From Camelus dromedarius (taxonomy: Eukaryota), in contig NC_087437.1 in assembly GCF_036321535.1 (NCBI RefSeq), positions 112,160,001 to 112,224,000 on the forward strand: a stretch of DNA of 64,000 nucleotides, read 5' to 3'. The stretch's first letter is position 1; every line of letters begins with the position of its first letter. Below the pieces are notes generated by a model, which was not told where the DNA came from, searched no databases, and saw only the letters and a list, made by a program, of their open reading frames with translations. A program made the translations under genes and the position numbers. Positions 1 through 13,080 of the stretch are shown piece by piece.

Positions 1-1429
1 TATGGGAGATGCTTGGCTCCTAGGTTGAGGATTTGGTCAATTATAATTCCTGACTCAGCACCATAACCCACTGAATTGCTTTGGAATTACTGGAATGGAG
101 CCTTCTATTTCAATCTTGGTTCCTTACACCCATAAGCCAGCCTGCCAGTGGGGTAGGGTGAAGAATCACCACTATTTATTATCTGTGCATGTGTGTGTGT
201 GTGTTCATATACATAAATACGACTCTCCGCTTCCAAAGGAGAACTAGCATGTTCATGTGAATTTAACTAAAGCATTTCCTGGGGAGAAGACAGAGCCAGG
301 TAAGAAGGATGCTGGCTAGGACAGATGCAGGTGGGTACCATGCTGTCCAGGAGCTGAGCTGGGACTGAAGTGCCCAAGTGCCCACGCCTTTGCTTCTCAG
401 CTGCCACTCAAACTGGATTCCCACATGATGGGTACAGCCACAGGGGAGTATGTCAATACGTTGTGACAAAATGACCTGCTGAGACTGTTTTGCTGGCCAA
501 AACAAAAAATAGAACAGTAACATCAACCCAACAGTAAGTGCACATAATCTTAAAATTTAGGAACACTTTTTTTTTCGTTGGTTAGCTAGTTTTCAAATGG
601 GTTAACTTCAAAAATAGAGGCCATTTCTGACAAGGGGTTGAGAAATATGTGCTTGGCATGTATTCATCTGTGAGTCTGTGGACGTGGTTTTCACTGGGCT
701 TGAAGTTCAGGACTCCTTGCAATGTGACCCGGGTCTACACAACACAAAAATCTTCACGGAGCCTAATTTTATCTTCGTCTGCACCTCATTACTGCGGGGT
801 AGCTTGTTTCGTGCAAACAACTGCCAGTTACTAGCATAACAAGGAGGCCGTGGTGTCTGTATTGAACACATCCCTCCGAGAATGAGAAATCTCCAGCCGG
901 GAAAGAGGAGATTCTTGTTAAGCCCTGGAAATAGGCTGAAATGCAAATCTGCGTTCCCTTCCACACATGCCTAATTGCCCATAAATGTCATTAAGTTGAG
1001 AAATGTTTTCCACCAAATTAACTTTGACTCATGATGTCTAATTAGCAGGAGAAGCTGGAAGATAACAATTTATCAGTCACTGTTTAAGAAAAACATGTTT
1101 AACGGGTGACTTTTGGCTAGCGGCACTGTTGAACCAGGTATTGTAACTGTCAAAATCAGGCGTGAGCCCAGCAATTAAGCACAATGTCTCTGTTTTGGTG
1201 CCAAGAATTTTACAATTCCCTCGCAGATGTTAAAAAATTGTGGTGAGTGCGGTCTGCCTAGGAATCTATCGTGTCCCCAAACGAGGGGTTTGGAGTGGAA
1301 GGAAAGAAGACATGGGAGATAAACCCAAAACTCCTTGGCAGACAGTCTGAGGGCAGTGCCTTTTAAAGGATTGATTCTGTTTCCAGTCTTTCTCAAAACT
1401 TAAGGAGAAAAATCTCATTGGTGACTTAG

Positions 1430-1650
1430 AGCCAAAGTGCACACACAGTGCTTGCAAGATGCTCTGCCACCTATTCCAGCCTCCTGGCAACCCTACGAGG
1501 TAGATAGCGTTTCTGTCTCCATTCTGTCAGCAAGGAATTAGAGAGGTTAACAGAGCCCCAGAGATAGGATGCTTTCCCAGACTCATGCAGCCGCCAAGTG
1601 GTGGGGCTGAATGAGGATATATTGGAACCCAGCTCCTGTGACTCCAGAGG
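1430..1650 (-). mobile_element. MIR SINE fragment
   Basis: Degenerate MIR core in reverse orientation (caaccctacgaggtag...agagaggttaa...ggaacccagctcctgtgactccagag); boundaries approximate. Confidence 0.6.
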
Positions 1651-1679
1651 TGGACCTTGGTCCCCGCACCCGAGGGCCA

Positions 1680-2103
1680 TGTACGAGTTTGCTGGGGCTG
1701 CCTCAAGTGAGTGACTTGAACAACAATTGTGTGTCTCACAATCTTAGAGGTTAGATGTCTGAGATCAAGATGCCATCAGGGACGGTTCCTTCCGAGGACT
1801 GAGGGGAAGAGTCTGTTCCACGCCTCTCTCTGGGCAAGCTTTGGCATTCCTTAGCTGGTAGAAGCATCACCTGGATCTGTCTCTGTCATCAATGGTGTTC
1901 TCCCTGAGTGTGTGTCTCTCTGTCCGAATTTCCCCTTTTTATAAGGACACTAGTAATTTTGGATTGGCAGCCAGTCCATTCCAGTATGACCTCATCGCAA
2001 CTAACTGCATCTGCAATGATCCTATTTCCAAATTGAATTGCATTCCGAGGTCCTGGGGGTTAGGACTTCAGCAAGTGAATTTGGTGGTGGACCCAATTCA
2101 ACA
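1680..2103 (-). mobile_element. MaLR solo LTR, MLT1C-like
   Basis: Typical MLT1 motifs: gagatcaagatg...tttataaggacactagt...atgacctcatc...atctgcaatgatcctatttccaaat...gggggttaggacttca. Confidence 0.85.
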
Positions 2104-2104
2104 G

Positions 2105-2560
2105 GCTTCAGAGGTTGACAGCAGGCTTCATCCGGGCTCCATGAACTTAGAGGAGGAGAAATTACATCTTTATTTTCACTAGCCTCTAACTGAAATTTCC
2201 AATTTGATTACACATGTAGGGCACAGGCCACAGTGGTATTTGTCACCATTCAAAACTGCTGATATATTCAAGTCATGTCGCAGTTGTTGGAGGAATCTTA
2301 AAATACGCTTTACACGTCACTATTTCAAACTTTCACGCAATGAGACTTGCTGCGGGGTCTTTCCTGTGTGTTTTTAAAGAAACACGTAATTATATGTCCC
2401 AGAATTGTTCTTTAAAAATATTTTCATCCCTGTATTTCACTGTAATTGGTTTCCTCTGTAATCCTGAGTATTTTATTTTATGTGTTTTAAAAGCATGATT
2501 CTGAGGAGTGATCCAGAGGCTTGGTCAGACCACACAGAAAAGTGGAAGCGCCCGGCCCCA
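2105..2560. mobile_element. Old hAT-Charlie-type DNA transposon remnant
   Basis: Resembles recalled Charlie-family non-autonomous elements (ttcactagcctctaactgaaattt...catgattctgaggag); subfamily not determined. Confidence 0.5.
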
Positions 2561-3363
2561 TGGCTGCTGGATGTCACAGTGAGAGGGAACTGTGGTCGCC
2601 CTTACTTGCTCCATCGCGGGCAGACCAGGCTGGGAAATCTGGGTGGAAACCATTAGTGGCTGTGCTCTGGGATGTCTCAGGGAAGAAGACAAAACACTTT
2701 TAAAACATGAACAGAACATCCAGCCCTGACCCGGGTGGGGCCCCTGTTCGCTGATATATGAGGGGTGTGCCCTGTCTTCTCTGGAGGAGGGGAAGACCGA
2801 ACACCTTCCTTGGCCCGGCCCATCATCAGTTCACCCCACCTCGCTCCTAGACGCAGTCTTCACCATTCACCCATGCACTGTCCTGTCCCCTAAGTTCGTC
2901 TAAGTAAGAGCAGCACAAGCGGAGAAGTCACCCCATCCACACAGACAAAGGCAGATGCAGATCTGCCCCCTCAGGTCTGGGAAGATGCACTCCTCCAACT
3001 GAAAGCTGCGGGGGAGGGCACCCCAAACCACAGACAAGGTGTGGGACTTCACACCCGTGCACCCACGTGCAGCCCTAAAACCACCCTCATCCGCCAGGCC
3101 CTGCCTCCTTGCTGTGGGCTTCCCTGCGACGGCAGAGGTGTTTGGTATTTGGGTTCCGTGACAAGCTGCCTTTCTCTCAGCCTTAAACCTGGCCTTTGGG
3201 AAGCTCTTGTGAATTTGGGAATCTGCCACCTAAGGGTGACAGCAGAAACCTGGAGGGTGCTCCGCAATGAAGGAAGAGGGGGAGGGTGTGGGAGCAGAAG
3301 CAGGAATATAACGGCACTGAAAACGTGTTTGTAACCTGGAGAGCTGCTGCAATAGTTAGTGGC

Positions 3364-3394
<31 letters not shown>

Positions 3395-3715
3395 TGATCT
3401 TCTGGATGGGGACAGAAGCTACTTTGATGTACCTAAATTAATGGCTTCAGGATAGGAAGGGTTATTCTATAGTAAGTGCTGGTCAGCCTCACTGGGAAAG
3501 GACCCTGGGAGGACTGAGAGAGGCCGCCTCCAAGGCCTCGCCCTGCCCACCCTTCAGGGGAGCGGGGTGCGATGACTGGACATCCAAGTCTGCATGAGAA
3601 AGAAGGCTGAGGGAAGACATTGGAGAGTCCACTCATCTTTACAGCCCCTGGAATTACAGGAGCTGAAGGATGATCGCTTGGAGGGTAGGATTCTCCTTGG
3701 CACTGGACATTCTAC

Positions 3716-3885
3716 TAAGGTGATGATCTTTAACCTGCTAAATGGTCACTGATCTCTTTGACAATCTAATGAAAACTCTGACCCTTCTCCCCAGAATAGT
3801 GCCCACATGCATGCACACATCCCCACGCATGCTTTTGCCTTCAGTATCAAATGGTTTGTGGCACCCACCCCAGAACCCATCCTTG
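3716..3885. mobile_element. hAT-Charlie MITE remnant
   Basis: ctttgacaatctaatgaaaactctgacccttctccccagaa motif typical of old Charlie MITEs. Confidence 0.45.
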
Positions 3886-4579
3886 GAACCCTCTCCGAAC
3901 CACATGTCAGAGATTTGGGTACCCAGTTTACCCAGGGGATGCTATTTCAACCCAAATGGCATTGCAAAGACCCAGCCCAAGCTCCAGTCAGACATCAGAA
4001 CGCCTCCCCTCAGTCTGGGGCTCACAAGGGAGGTACCAAGGACTCTGTACATCGAAATCAGCAGGGAGGTGAAGGAGAAAGGCTGTATGTGACCCTCACA
4101 GCCTTTATTTCATTCTACTTATATCTGGGGACAAGGAATTGTCAATATTTTCTGAATTAATAAGATAATATTTAAAATATTTCATTTGTTGACAATTTCC
4201 AGATAAACGGACTCCAACAAGATTAATGAATGCGCTGTTAATCCATATTCTTTAGTTCAGGAAAGGAGGTAAAATACAAACATCTGAGTGATTGATGCTG
4301 ATAGAAAGACTGTTTAAACATGTGATTATTCCTGTAATCTTCTTTGCCCAAGGTCACACAGTCCCACAACCTATGAACTTAACTGAAGGAGACTGGCCAA
4401 TATGGTTTATGGGATGCATACATGGTGCGATTTTACGAAGTGGTTGAAATTCTGTCCATTTGTAATCTTTCTTTTCTTGGGGAAACAGTGAAGAAACTAA
4501 CATCGCTGAAGTTTTGCAAAGGTGAACTGACCACCTGATTAGCCCCAAGGGGATATTTATACTACCATTTAAAAGTGGA

Positions 4580-5195
4580 TGTATCCGTTTTCCAGTTTTG
4601 CTGTGTGATGAACTGAAAACTCAGTGGTTTAAAACAACAACCATTTATTATCGCCCATGTCTGCATGTCTGTGAGTTGGCTGAGGTTGGGCTGGTCTGGG
4701 CTGGGCAGATCCCGGCTGCGGTGTGTGTCTCCCCAAAGGCCTGGGGCTCAGCAGGAACTGCTCTCCTCCATGTGTTTCTCCTCTGCCCTGAACCAACAGG
4801 CGGCCGGATGTGTTTTCTCAGGGCGTCAACAAAAGCACAAGGTGGCAAGCGCAGTCTGGCAAAGGGCTTTTCAAAGTCCACTGACATCCTATCAGCCAAA
4901 GTCACGGGGCCACCCCAACTTCCTGAGCCACACCTACAGTCAGAGGGCAGGTGACCGTGGAGGCGGGGGGTAGGGATAAATGTTTCTAAACCATAGATTT
5001 CTCTTTTTTTTTTTAATTTTTTAATTGGGGGGAAGTAATTAGGTTTGTTTATTTATTTATTTATTTATTTAATTTTTATTTTTAATGGAGGTGTTGCAGC
5101 TTGAACCCAGGACCTCGTGCATGCTAAGCACGCACTCTACCACTGAGCTATCCCCTCCCCTACTCTAAACCATAGATTTCTAATCAAATCTACCA
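4580..5195 (-). mobile_element. Old MaLR LTR (MLT1H/I/J-like), interrupted by a SINE
   Basis: Starts tgtat...aaaactcagtggtttaaaacaacaaccatttatt, a hallmark of reverse-oriented MLT1. Confidence 0.7.
5003..5163 (-). mobile_element. Camelid tRNA-derived SINE (Vic-1-like)
   Basis: Reverse strand reads ggggagggg atagctcagtggtagagtgcgtgcttagcatgcacgaggtcctgggttcaa (A and B boxes) then a (TAAA)n/polyA tail; perfect 18-bp TSD tctaaaccatagatttct at 4985-5002 and 5164-5181. Confidence 0.92.
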
Positions 5196-5237
5196 GGACA
5201 GGAGAGAGGGGAAGCTTAAGAGAAAGGGGACATTTAG

Positions 5238-5555
5238 CAGTGGGTCTCGGCTTTGTCTACATGTTGGAATCAACCTGCAGAAGTTTTAAAAATACTAATG
5301 TGTGGGTCCCACCTCAGAGGCTCTGTTCCAGGATGCAGTCCATGCATGAGGGTCTGGAGACACAGCCACGTTTGAAAACCGCTCTCGTAAAGAGCCCTCA
5401 GCTCCCTTTCTCAAGACCAGTGGTTCTCAGCCCTGGGCACACAGGATCATCACTTCTGGAGCTTTCCAGGGCCACCAGAGCCAGAGGCCGCCCCATGTAC
5501 TGTTTTTGAAAGCACCCTGATGAGTCTTGAGTGCAGCCAAGGGGGTAGAACCCTG
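5238..5555. mobile_element. Two adjacent MER5-like hAT MITEs (5238-5383 and 5418-5555)
   Basis: cagtgg(g/t)tctc starts and tttgaaaaccgct / gtagaaccctg ends; gaatcaacctg...ttttaaaaatact internal motif. Confidence 0.65.
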
Positions 5556-5586
5556 GCTCCTCCAGAGCAGCAGCGCCCAGTTCTTC

Positions 5587-5850
5587 TATTCATTCCGTTC
5601 GTGCGCTCTTTCGCTCGTGACACAAATATTCATCGATACTCTGTGTCAGGCACTGCGCGAGTGCTCGTTGACATACTAAGGAGCCCAAATGGACACTTAG
5701 TGATGGAGCGAGACCATTAAATAGCCACATTAAAGGATGAGCAGAGGGCTCCAATGGGAAAGAACACAGGTCTGTAACAGAAACAGCAAAGAGGTCTACA
5801 CTGGGGGGAAAGCTCAGGAGGCTTCCCTGAGGAAGTGTCTGGGGCACGCG
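5587..5850 (-). mobile_element. L2 3' fragment
   Basis: attcattc...acaaatatt...tactctgtgtcaggcactg...ggcttccctgaggaagtg. Confidence 0.6.
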
Positions 5851-6299
5851 TCTGGCTGTAAACCCAACGAGCCAGTACAGATAAGCGCAAAACATGAGCA
5901 GCGTCACCTTCACATCCTACCCACATCCCAGTTGTGTCCCAGTGAACAAAGATATTTCTTGCAGAAAAACTTGGAGGGAGGTCTGGCACCTCTGCAGACA
6001 TCTCTCAGGCTAAAAGAGACATCTCTCAGACATCTGACCTGAGGGCCCCTCTGTCACCACGTGGTAGGGGGGAGGAAGACCCTTCTTCTCTTCCCTTCCC
6101 CGGGGGGAGCTGTCTGAAGTGAACACTTTGAAAGGACACTGGCCTGATTTAGAACCATGAGCAGGGATGAGGGCCTGAGGATGGCGAGGGCGCAGAGAAT
6201 GTTTGGCTGCCAGGGGGCTTTGGGATGGTAGATGTTCGAGGTTGGGAGATTTCTCAGTCAGGTGGGCATTTCAGCTGCTTGGGGACTGGAGTGGGGATT

Positions 6300-6491
6300 T
6301 GTGGCACTGGCTTTCACTGGCACAAAATGCATCTCTTCCCAACTCTGTGTTCAGTGATATTCTGTCAGAGGCTCAAAAAAAGGCCTGGTGGGAGTATTTA
6401 CACCACGGAAATCGGTCAGTGTTTAAAATCAGAGCTCTCTCCACCCCCACCCCTGGAGAGGCAGCTGTTAAACCTTCACCCCACACCACTG
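6300..6491 (-). mobile_element. MER63-like hAT-Blackjack element
   Basis: gggagtatttacaccacggaaatcgg...gctgttaaac...cacaccactg terminus. Confidence 0.6.
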
Positions 6492-7171
6492 GCTGAAAGG
6501 AACTTCTAGCCTGGGGAGTCTTTGATGTTGAGTTCTAGACCAGTCAAGTCAGGGTTCGGAAGGCAAGAGAAAGGAGCTAAGGCAGACTAAGATGTGGAGA
6601 AGAAGGCGGAGCTAAGGATGGATTGGGCATTCGGCTGGAAATCCGCCTTGGCTCTAACTGGGAGGGACCTGGGAAAGTGGACAGAAGCACCCAAGCTGAT
6701 GGGGCCATTCAGGTGTACCACATGCAGTAGGCCCTCGAGCAGGTAATTTTCTAGTCCTCACAGCATCATCTGTAAAATCAGGGAAATCCTTGTCTGATTT
6801 CAGGAGCAGGCATTTTTGAATTCCTTTCTAGTGCTAACATTCATGATTCTAACCATACACATACAGACACGGAACATTAACTAACAATATACAAGGAAAT
6901 CCACAGGCACACACCACTGGTTCTGTCCACACACATAGTGGGTGAAAATGAACTGGATTTCTTCATTCATCAAACTCAGTTTTTGAGGGCTGCTGAAATG
7001 TGGCATCTCTCTATCTCTCAGCATTGCGTGCAGTTAAGAAGATTCACTGAAGCTCCCTCCCTCCCACCATCTCCCCAACTCCTTCCCCTCCCTGTGCTCC
7101 CAACATTTGCATTGCACACCAAAGGGTATGGAAAAGCAGAATAAATCCAGGTGAGGAATCTGGAAGTCAGG

Positions 7172-7550
7172 TGTAGCAGATGCTACCAGCATCCCATCAA
7201 CGACCCCTATGTGCTGAAGATTCTGCCAAAAGCTGCTTCCTTAACTGAAGGCTTTCTTCCGAACTGGAGACCATGCTTGGCATGGATGTGCTGGTGAGTT
7301 AATGCCCCAGGAAGCAGCTTCAACCAGTGAAGACGGGTTGCCCCTCAATTGGAATAACCCTGGAGTCCCCCCTAGAAAGTCAGACTGGTTTCTCACAGCG
7401 ATGACTAGCTTAATAATGCAATTTTATCGCTTCCTTCCCTCCTGCAACTCACTTCCCCATATCTCCTACAATGTTTCCTGGGGTCAACTCTCAAACTATT
7501 TGCCTCGAATCTTTGCCTCTGAGTCAGCTTCTGAAGGAATCAGGATGAAA
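7172..7550 (+). mobile_element. ERVL solo LTR, LTR16-like
   Basis: tgtagcagatgct start; gagttaatgccccaggaagcagc and gtttcctggggtcaactctcaaa motifs. Confidence 0.65.
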
Positions 7551-7853
7551 ATTTCAGGATTCTAAAAATGTGCCGTGAAGCTTTAAGCATATTGCTGAGG
7601 CCTTCTTTCTTCTTCCATCAAGTGGGTGCCCGTCAGACGGTCCCCTGCCCCTCTCACAGGGGTGACGGGCCGGTGGGACAGGACGAGAGAGATGCATCAG
7701 CACCTGAGAGAAGGTACAGCGCTCACTGGGGGAGCTTCTTAGGTTGGTTCGGAAGACACTAGACGTTTCTGAGGGACTGATTCCCTATGGAGTTTCTGGA
7801 AGAGCAAAGACATTTTGACCTAAAAAGTGGTTTGGGAGCTGGGTCCGGCCCAA

Positions 7854-7950
7854 AAAAGAAAGAATGAAAGAGAGAGGCAGGCAAGAAGGAAGGAAAGAGG
7901 GAGGAAAGGAAGGAAGGAAAGGAAGGAAGGAAGAAGGAAGGGGAAAAAAG
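7854..7950. repeat. Purine-rich (GGAA/GAAA)n low-complexity tract
   Basis: Directly visible. Confidence 0.85.
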
Positions 7951-10900
7951 AAATTTGTACCATCTTCTAGTCCTACAACTGGTGTTTCTGGACTGTCCTG
8001 AAAGGACTTGGAGAATCCCTAAGTATACAATACTCAAGACAGTAAAAGGCAGAACTTATGCCACAGAATTTAAATAGAGAGTCTTCAGTTATCTAAGACA
8101 TGAAGCCAGAACCATTTAAAGATAAAATCAACTTGATAAATAAACTTTGGCAAACTCCCCCTTTCAAAAGGAGAATCTTCTTTTTAGACATATGTGGTTA
8201 TAACAACAAAATTAGAGAAAGGACAGAAACATTCAATTAAACGCTATCTGGATCAGAAACGACAGTAGGAGAGAAGCGTGGGGTGGTCCCCAAGGGGTCT
8301 TGGCTTACCCCTTTGTCTCTGAGCTCCGCAGCCTGGCACATATGGTTCATAATATTATCCAAACAAACACCGTCACACGTGTGGACAAACGGGCAGTCAC
8401 AGCCCCGATTCTGGTTCTCTGCCTGATTTTTAAGGTGTCGGACCCTCTTCAAGACTCTTTGTGCTGCAAGAGAAGACAGAAGATAGGGAGGGAAGAATTG
8501 CAAATAACCAGTTTCAAATATGGTTCTAACCCACGCACTGGAACACGGGTTTATGGAGAGAGGACTGTGCACACACAAAGGCGTCTCTTGAGACCGCCCA
8601 GGGCACAAGCGGTGGCCCCGGGGAAACGCATGTATAAATCAGTGCCCTCCTTCGCTCGCCAGCAGGACCATGAGCACTCAGCTAACAAGAGATCTCGATT
8701 TGTTTCAAGTTTGTGAAGAACTGGGGAGATTCACGCTCCAGGGCAGGTGGGATAACTGAGAAGCCCAGAATTCCTCCAGTGATGCTGCCCTGCTAACACC
8801 TGGTGCCTTCTTAAAGTTCTGCGCTTCTTTTTTTAATCCTTAAAATCTCCCAGTGAGCCGGGCAGGTTTCAATCCTGTATAAGTTCAGATGATGAAATCA
8901 CACACAACCTGGAAGATTTGCCATGGAAATGGAAATGGAAGTGAACTACAGCGCCCAATGTGACACTTGCTGTGTTATTTGGAATTCAAATTCCACTCAA
9001 GACAAAGGCCCTTTTCTACGTTTCTGACATCGTTACCTTGCCGTGTCTCACGTACCGTGTAACTCTTCGCTCACACACAATAAGGGAGGTGAATTGTGCT
9101 GGGAGGGGGCCACTCGGAAAGAGAAAATGAGCAAAACCAAGTCCCGCACTTGCCACACCCACGACGCCTGCTCCGCAGCCCCGGCTGGCCCAGAACAGCT
9201 CTTCCTGAGCCACGAAGCTCTGCCAAAAGGGCTGCTTCTGTGCCTGAGCCAGGAACCTGTTGACAGGCCTCTCCCCATCTCCAGTGCAAAGCCTCTGTTG
9301 CTGTCACTGACACATGCCTCCTGGCTCATCTGGGTGGCCCAGCCTCATTAGGAAGGGATTTGGTGCCTGTTAGTTAATTGAGGCCCGTTCCCGCCACCTG
9401 CCACTCGCGGGCCTCATCTGCACACTAACAGCTCCTAATTGTCATCATACGGCGGGGTCCCCACAACAACTTGAGAACAGATCCCGGGCAGCGCACGCCA
9501 GCCCAACGATGGGCCGGGAGCACTGTAACAATTTATCAAGGGGCCAGATGTTCGGCGAGGAGAGGCACCTTGCACCAACAAGCCGTGTGAACACTTGCTG
9601 TTTATCCTGGTCTCCGGGAGAGTAAGTGTAGAGATGGTCTTCTGGGGGAGACTTCACTTAAGGTAAATAAAAGGTTTCTGCTGGACAAGGACAAACTCAG
9701 TTGCAAACACAGCGCTGAGACGCCTGGCTTGCCCACCGTTCAGAAACAGCCCTGCTTGTCCTGCACAGCTGGAACCAGTGTATGTGAATGACTTTTATTC
9801 AGAGACCGAGAGATGTTTAGGGTGTCAGAGCACCACCTATGCCCTGTTTCCAAAGAGTCTGAGTAAAAAAGGTGCAGAGGTGAGTACCAAAAGCTGAGCC
9901 ACCCCTTAAGAATGGAAAGGACAGTCGGGGAGGAGACACAATGACACAGAGGTAGAAAATCAAACACAGAGACCAGTCAATGGAAGAGAAATAGGGAAAT
10001 ACATTCTCCAGCTGAGGAGTTGGAAGGGATTTTGATGTAGGTATAGGACATGCACTAGCGAGAGATGGAAGCAAATTCTAAGACATCGGATGCAAGGATT
10101 GTATGTTGAGAGAGCGAAAGCGAGGAAGAAAGGAAAAGACAGAGATTCTAGCATCATAGGAAATTACAGGATTTAAGGACTCAGAAATCCACATCTGTAA
10201 GGAACCAATCTGAGCTTAATAGAAATCAGACTAGGGAGAGCAATATGATTAGGTTTTTTGTTCCTTTGACTGTTTTTGTTTTGTTTGTTTTTTTGTTTGT
10301 TTGTTTTTTGAACTATAAGCACAACCCTAACGCACTTCCCTGGGACTCTGCGGTCCTAGGCTCCCGGGATGCCCCATCACTGGGGAATTTTCCAGGTCCC
10401 TGCACCCAGAACTGGGATGTCTTTTTAGTCCAGAGGTTTCTAAGTTGTCTCTGATGTATTAGTCCCTCCCTGCTGGATGAGAGACAGGAAAGGAAATAAG
10501 AAAAACCTGGAACGAATCCCACGAGGGACACGGCACTGAAGAAAAAGACAGGAGAATAGAAAAAGCCAAACACAAAAGCTTGACGATGGAAGGAAGATCA
10601 GAAGACACGTGGTTCTCACCACAGACTCAGCCACAGAGGCAAACTTCCCTCTGATCCCAGTTGCAGCTTTATCTCCTCGCCCCCATCTCCAGGCTTTCAG
10701 AAACAAACAGAAAGTAAAAACCTGAATTGGAAGGATTTTTTTTTAATTAATTTTTTTTAAAGTTTAAATTAAAGGTTTTTAATTCCCTCCTTCCTAACAA
10801 GAAAGAGAGTGAGGAACAGAGGGAGAGAGGGGGAAGCAGCCACCCCGCAGTGGAGAAAGACAGGCTATTTCAAATTGCTTCCAGATGAGGTTTAAGAATT

Positions 10901-12837
10901 GTTATCGGCCATGACCAAAGAGGGTCTGCTCCACCAGACTGCCCCACACATCAGGGGGAGGGCAGTTACGTTAATTAAATGCTCTGGAGACCAGGGAGAG
11001 CAAAGTTACATTTTGCCATAACACAATGTCTCTATCCTAAATACACCTATTCTCTTGGTTTCCTCCACAAATATATCAAGTGATTTTTAAGAAACTTGAT
11101 ACCACTGGCTTTCTTCTTAAGTTTTGATAAAGAACATTTTTAAAAGTATTCCCAGAGTTCACGTTTATACCTCGCAAGCAAAGCCTTAAAATGCCTTCCT
11201 GTGTAATTTGCTAACCACGGCCCCTAGGCCTCGTCTACACTTGACTCTGCCCACAATGCATAACCCAGAGCCTCTCTTTTCACATCTTGCCGCGCTCACT
11301 GCTGGCTCTCTCGCTCCCCCTCCAGCGTCCCTCTCTGGATGTCACTCACGGCTTTTCCCTGCTCGCTTCCTCCAGCCTGTGAACCCGAGGGGCCTAGTCT
11401 ACGCTGCTTCCGAGAGCTGGCAGATTTCAGAGGAAAAAAAAAAAACACCCTAGAAAGAAAGAATGGCAGTTTGACACCGCACTGTCACAGTTAAAACGGG
11501 CCCCGCGCGTGACCCAGGCTTGGACACCGATGCCTCGTGCCCAATCACAGCTGAGGCTGCATCTGCCACGGTTCACGGGCCCGCCGCTCCATGCTGGGGG
11601 ACCAGATGCCTCTGTTTATGCTCCCCTCCTCCCGGCCTTCTGCCGGACGGCAGCAAGACAGGGCCGCTAGCCATCACTGGACTTCAGCTGTCTCCGCAAT
11701 CTTGTCTTTCAGTGTATCCTTTCCTCCACCGCTTTCTGTCTCCACACTCCCTAAAATGCCCAGAAGGGGTATTTCTCTTTTTAAAGTTTGACTCAATAGG
11801 ATAAAGCAGGATAAAAGACTAGCCAGGAGGACTTTGATTCCTGACACTCACAGGACAGCCCGTTCATTGTTCAAAGATCAGGTCAGGGGACCACCAGCAC
11901 CCCCCCCCGACTCTGTTTTGCCATCCATTTCCGGCTTTAAGTTTCACTATGTTTGTTTAAGAATATCACACTGAAGAACCAACTTGAAATGCCAGCACTT
12001 GGCCTTATTTTTTTTTCAGTAAAATTGACATATGTTGCTGGAAGTTGAATTCTGGGAGCATGAGTGAGACACCTGAAGCCAGTGATCAGCTGCCATTTCG
12101 TAAAGGCCCTCAACATGGGTTTCATTTAGTATTTTAAGTAAGTCATGCTTGACACATAAGCCGCCCTCTTTTCTCTTGCTAACCCTGAGGCATGTGATTC
12201 CCACAGAAGGGATGTTGGGGGTCCCTTTGTGACGTGGTGAGCTGAGCGCACGAAGTTATCACAGTTGTCCGCAATGGTGAGATCACCACGGAGTAATCTG
12301 TACCCAGAGCACAGAGCAAACCAGGTGCCCAGTGGCTGCCTCCTAACCTGCCCGCCCTGCAGCCCCAGGGAGCCAGGCTGGAGCCCTGGAGAGTCCATGT
12401 CACAGGGGCATAAGCAGAGCAGATCCAGCCCACCACTCCCTGGCTCCCGAAATACCGCACATCCAACCAGAGAGGGAGACAGGTGGATTCTCACTGACAG
12501 CGCTTCCTCACTGTCAGTGGGCATCCTTGCTGAGGACACACATCCTCATCACCAGACCTAGAAACCTTCCCCTTGGTCACTGGGCCACTGTATTCCTATT
12601 GGAAACCCCTGGGATTTGCTTCCTCTTCTCACTTCCCCTCCCCAAAAGACCACTTCCATCCCCTCCTACCCTCTACGCTGGACCTTTCTCTTCCTGACAT
12701 TGAACTTCAGAATGAGGTTTTATCTAGGAGTGATATTACCCACGGTGGTAGGCTCTAGACATGAGAATTCAGCCACATCACAACTTGCCTCTGGGGTGGC
12801 CTGCAATTCTAACAAATATGTATATATTCAATTAAAT

Positions 12838-13080
12838 ATTTATTGAGATATAGCCAGGTTTCAGGTATAGAACTGGGTCTTAGGGATCCCCAGGCAGGTG
12901 AATCAGGTCCCCTACCCTCAAGAAGTTCACAGAAACACCAGAAAAATCATCACTAATTCATCAAAATATAAGACTCTAAGGATGTTGAGAGAAGAGCAGA
13001 TGAGCTCTGCCTGGGGCCACCAGGCTTCACTAAGGTGTGACACTGGAGCCGAATCTTGAAGGGTTGGAGAGATGGGAGGG
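12838..13080 (-). mobile_element. L2 fragment
   Basis: aaatatttattgag...gtcccctaccctcaagaagttcac...ggagccgaatcttgaagg. Confidence 0.5.
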
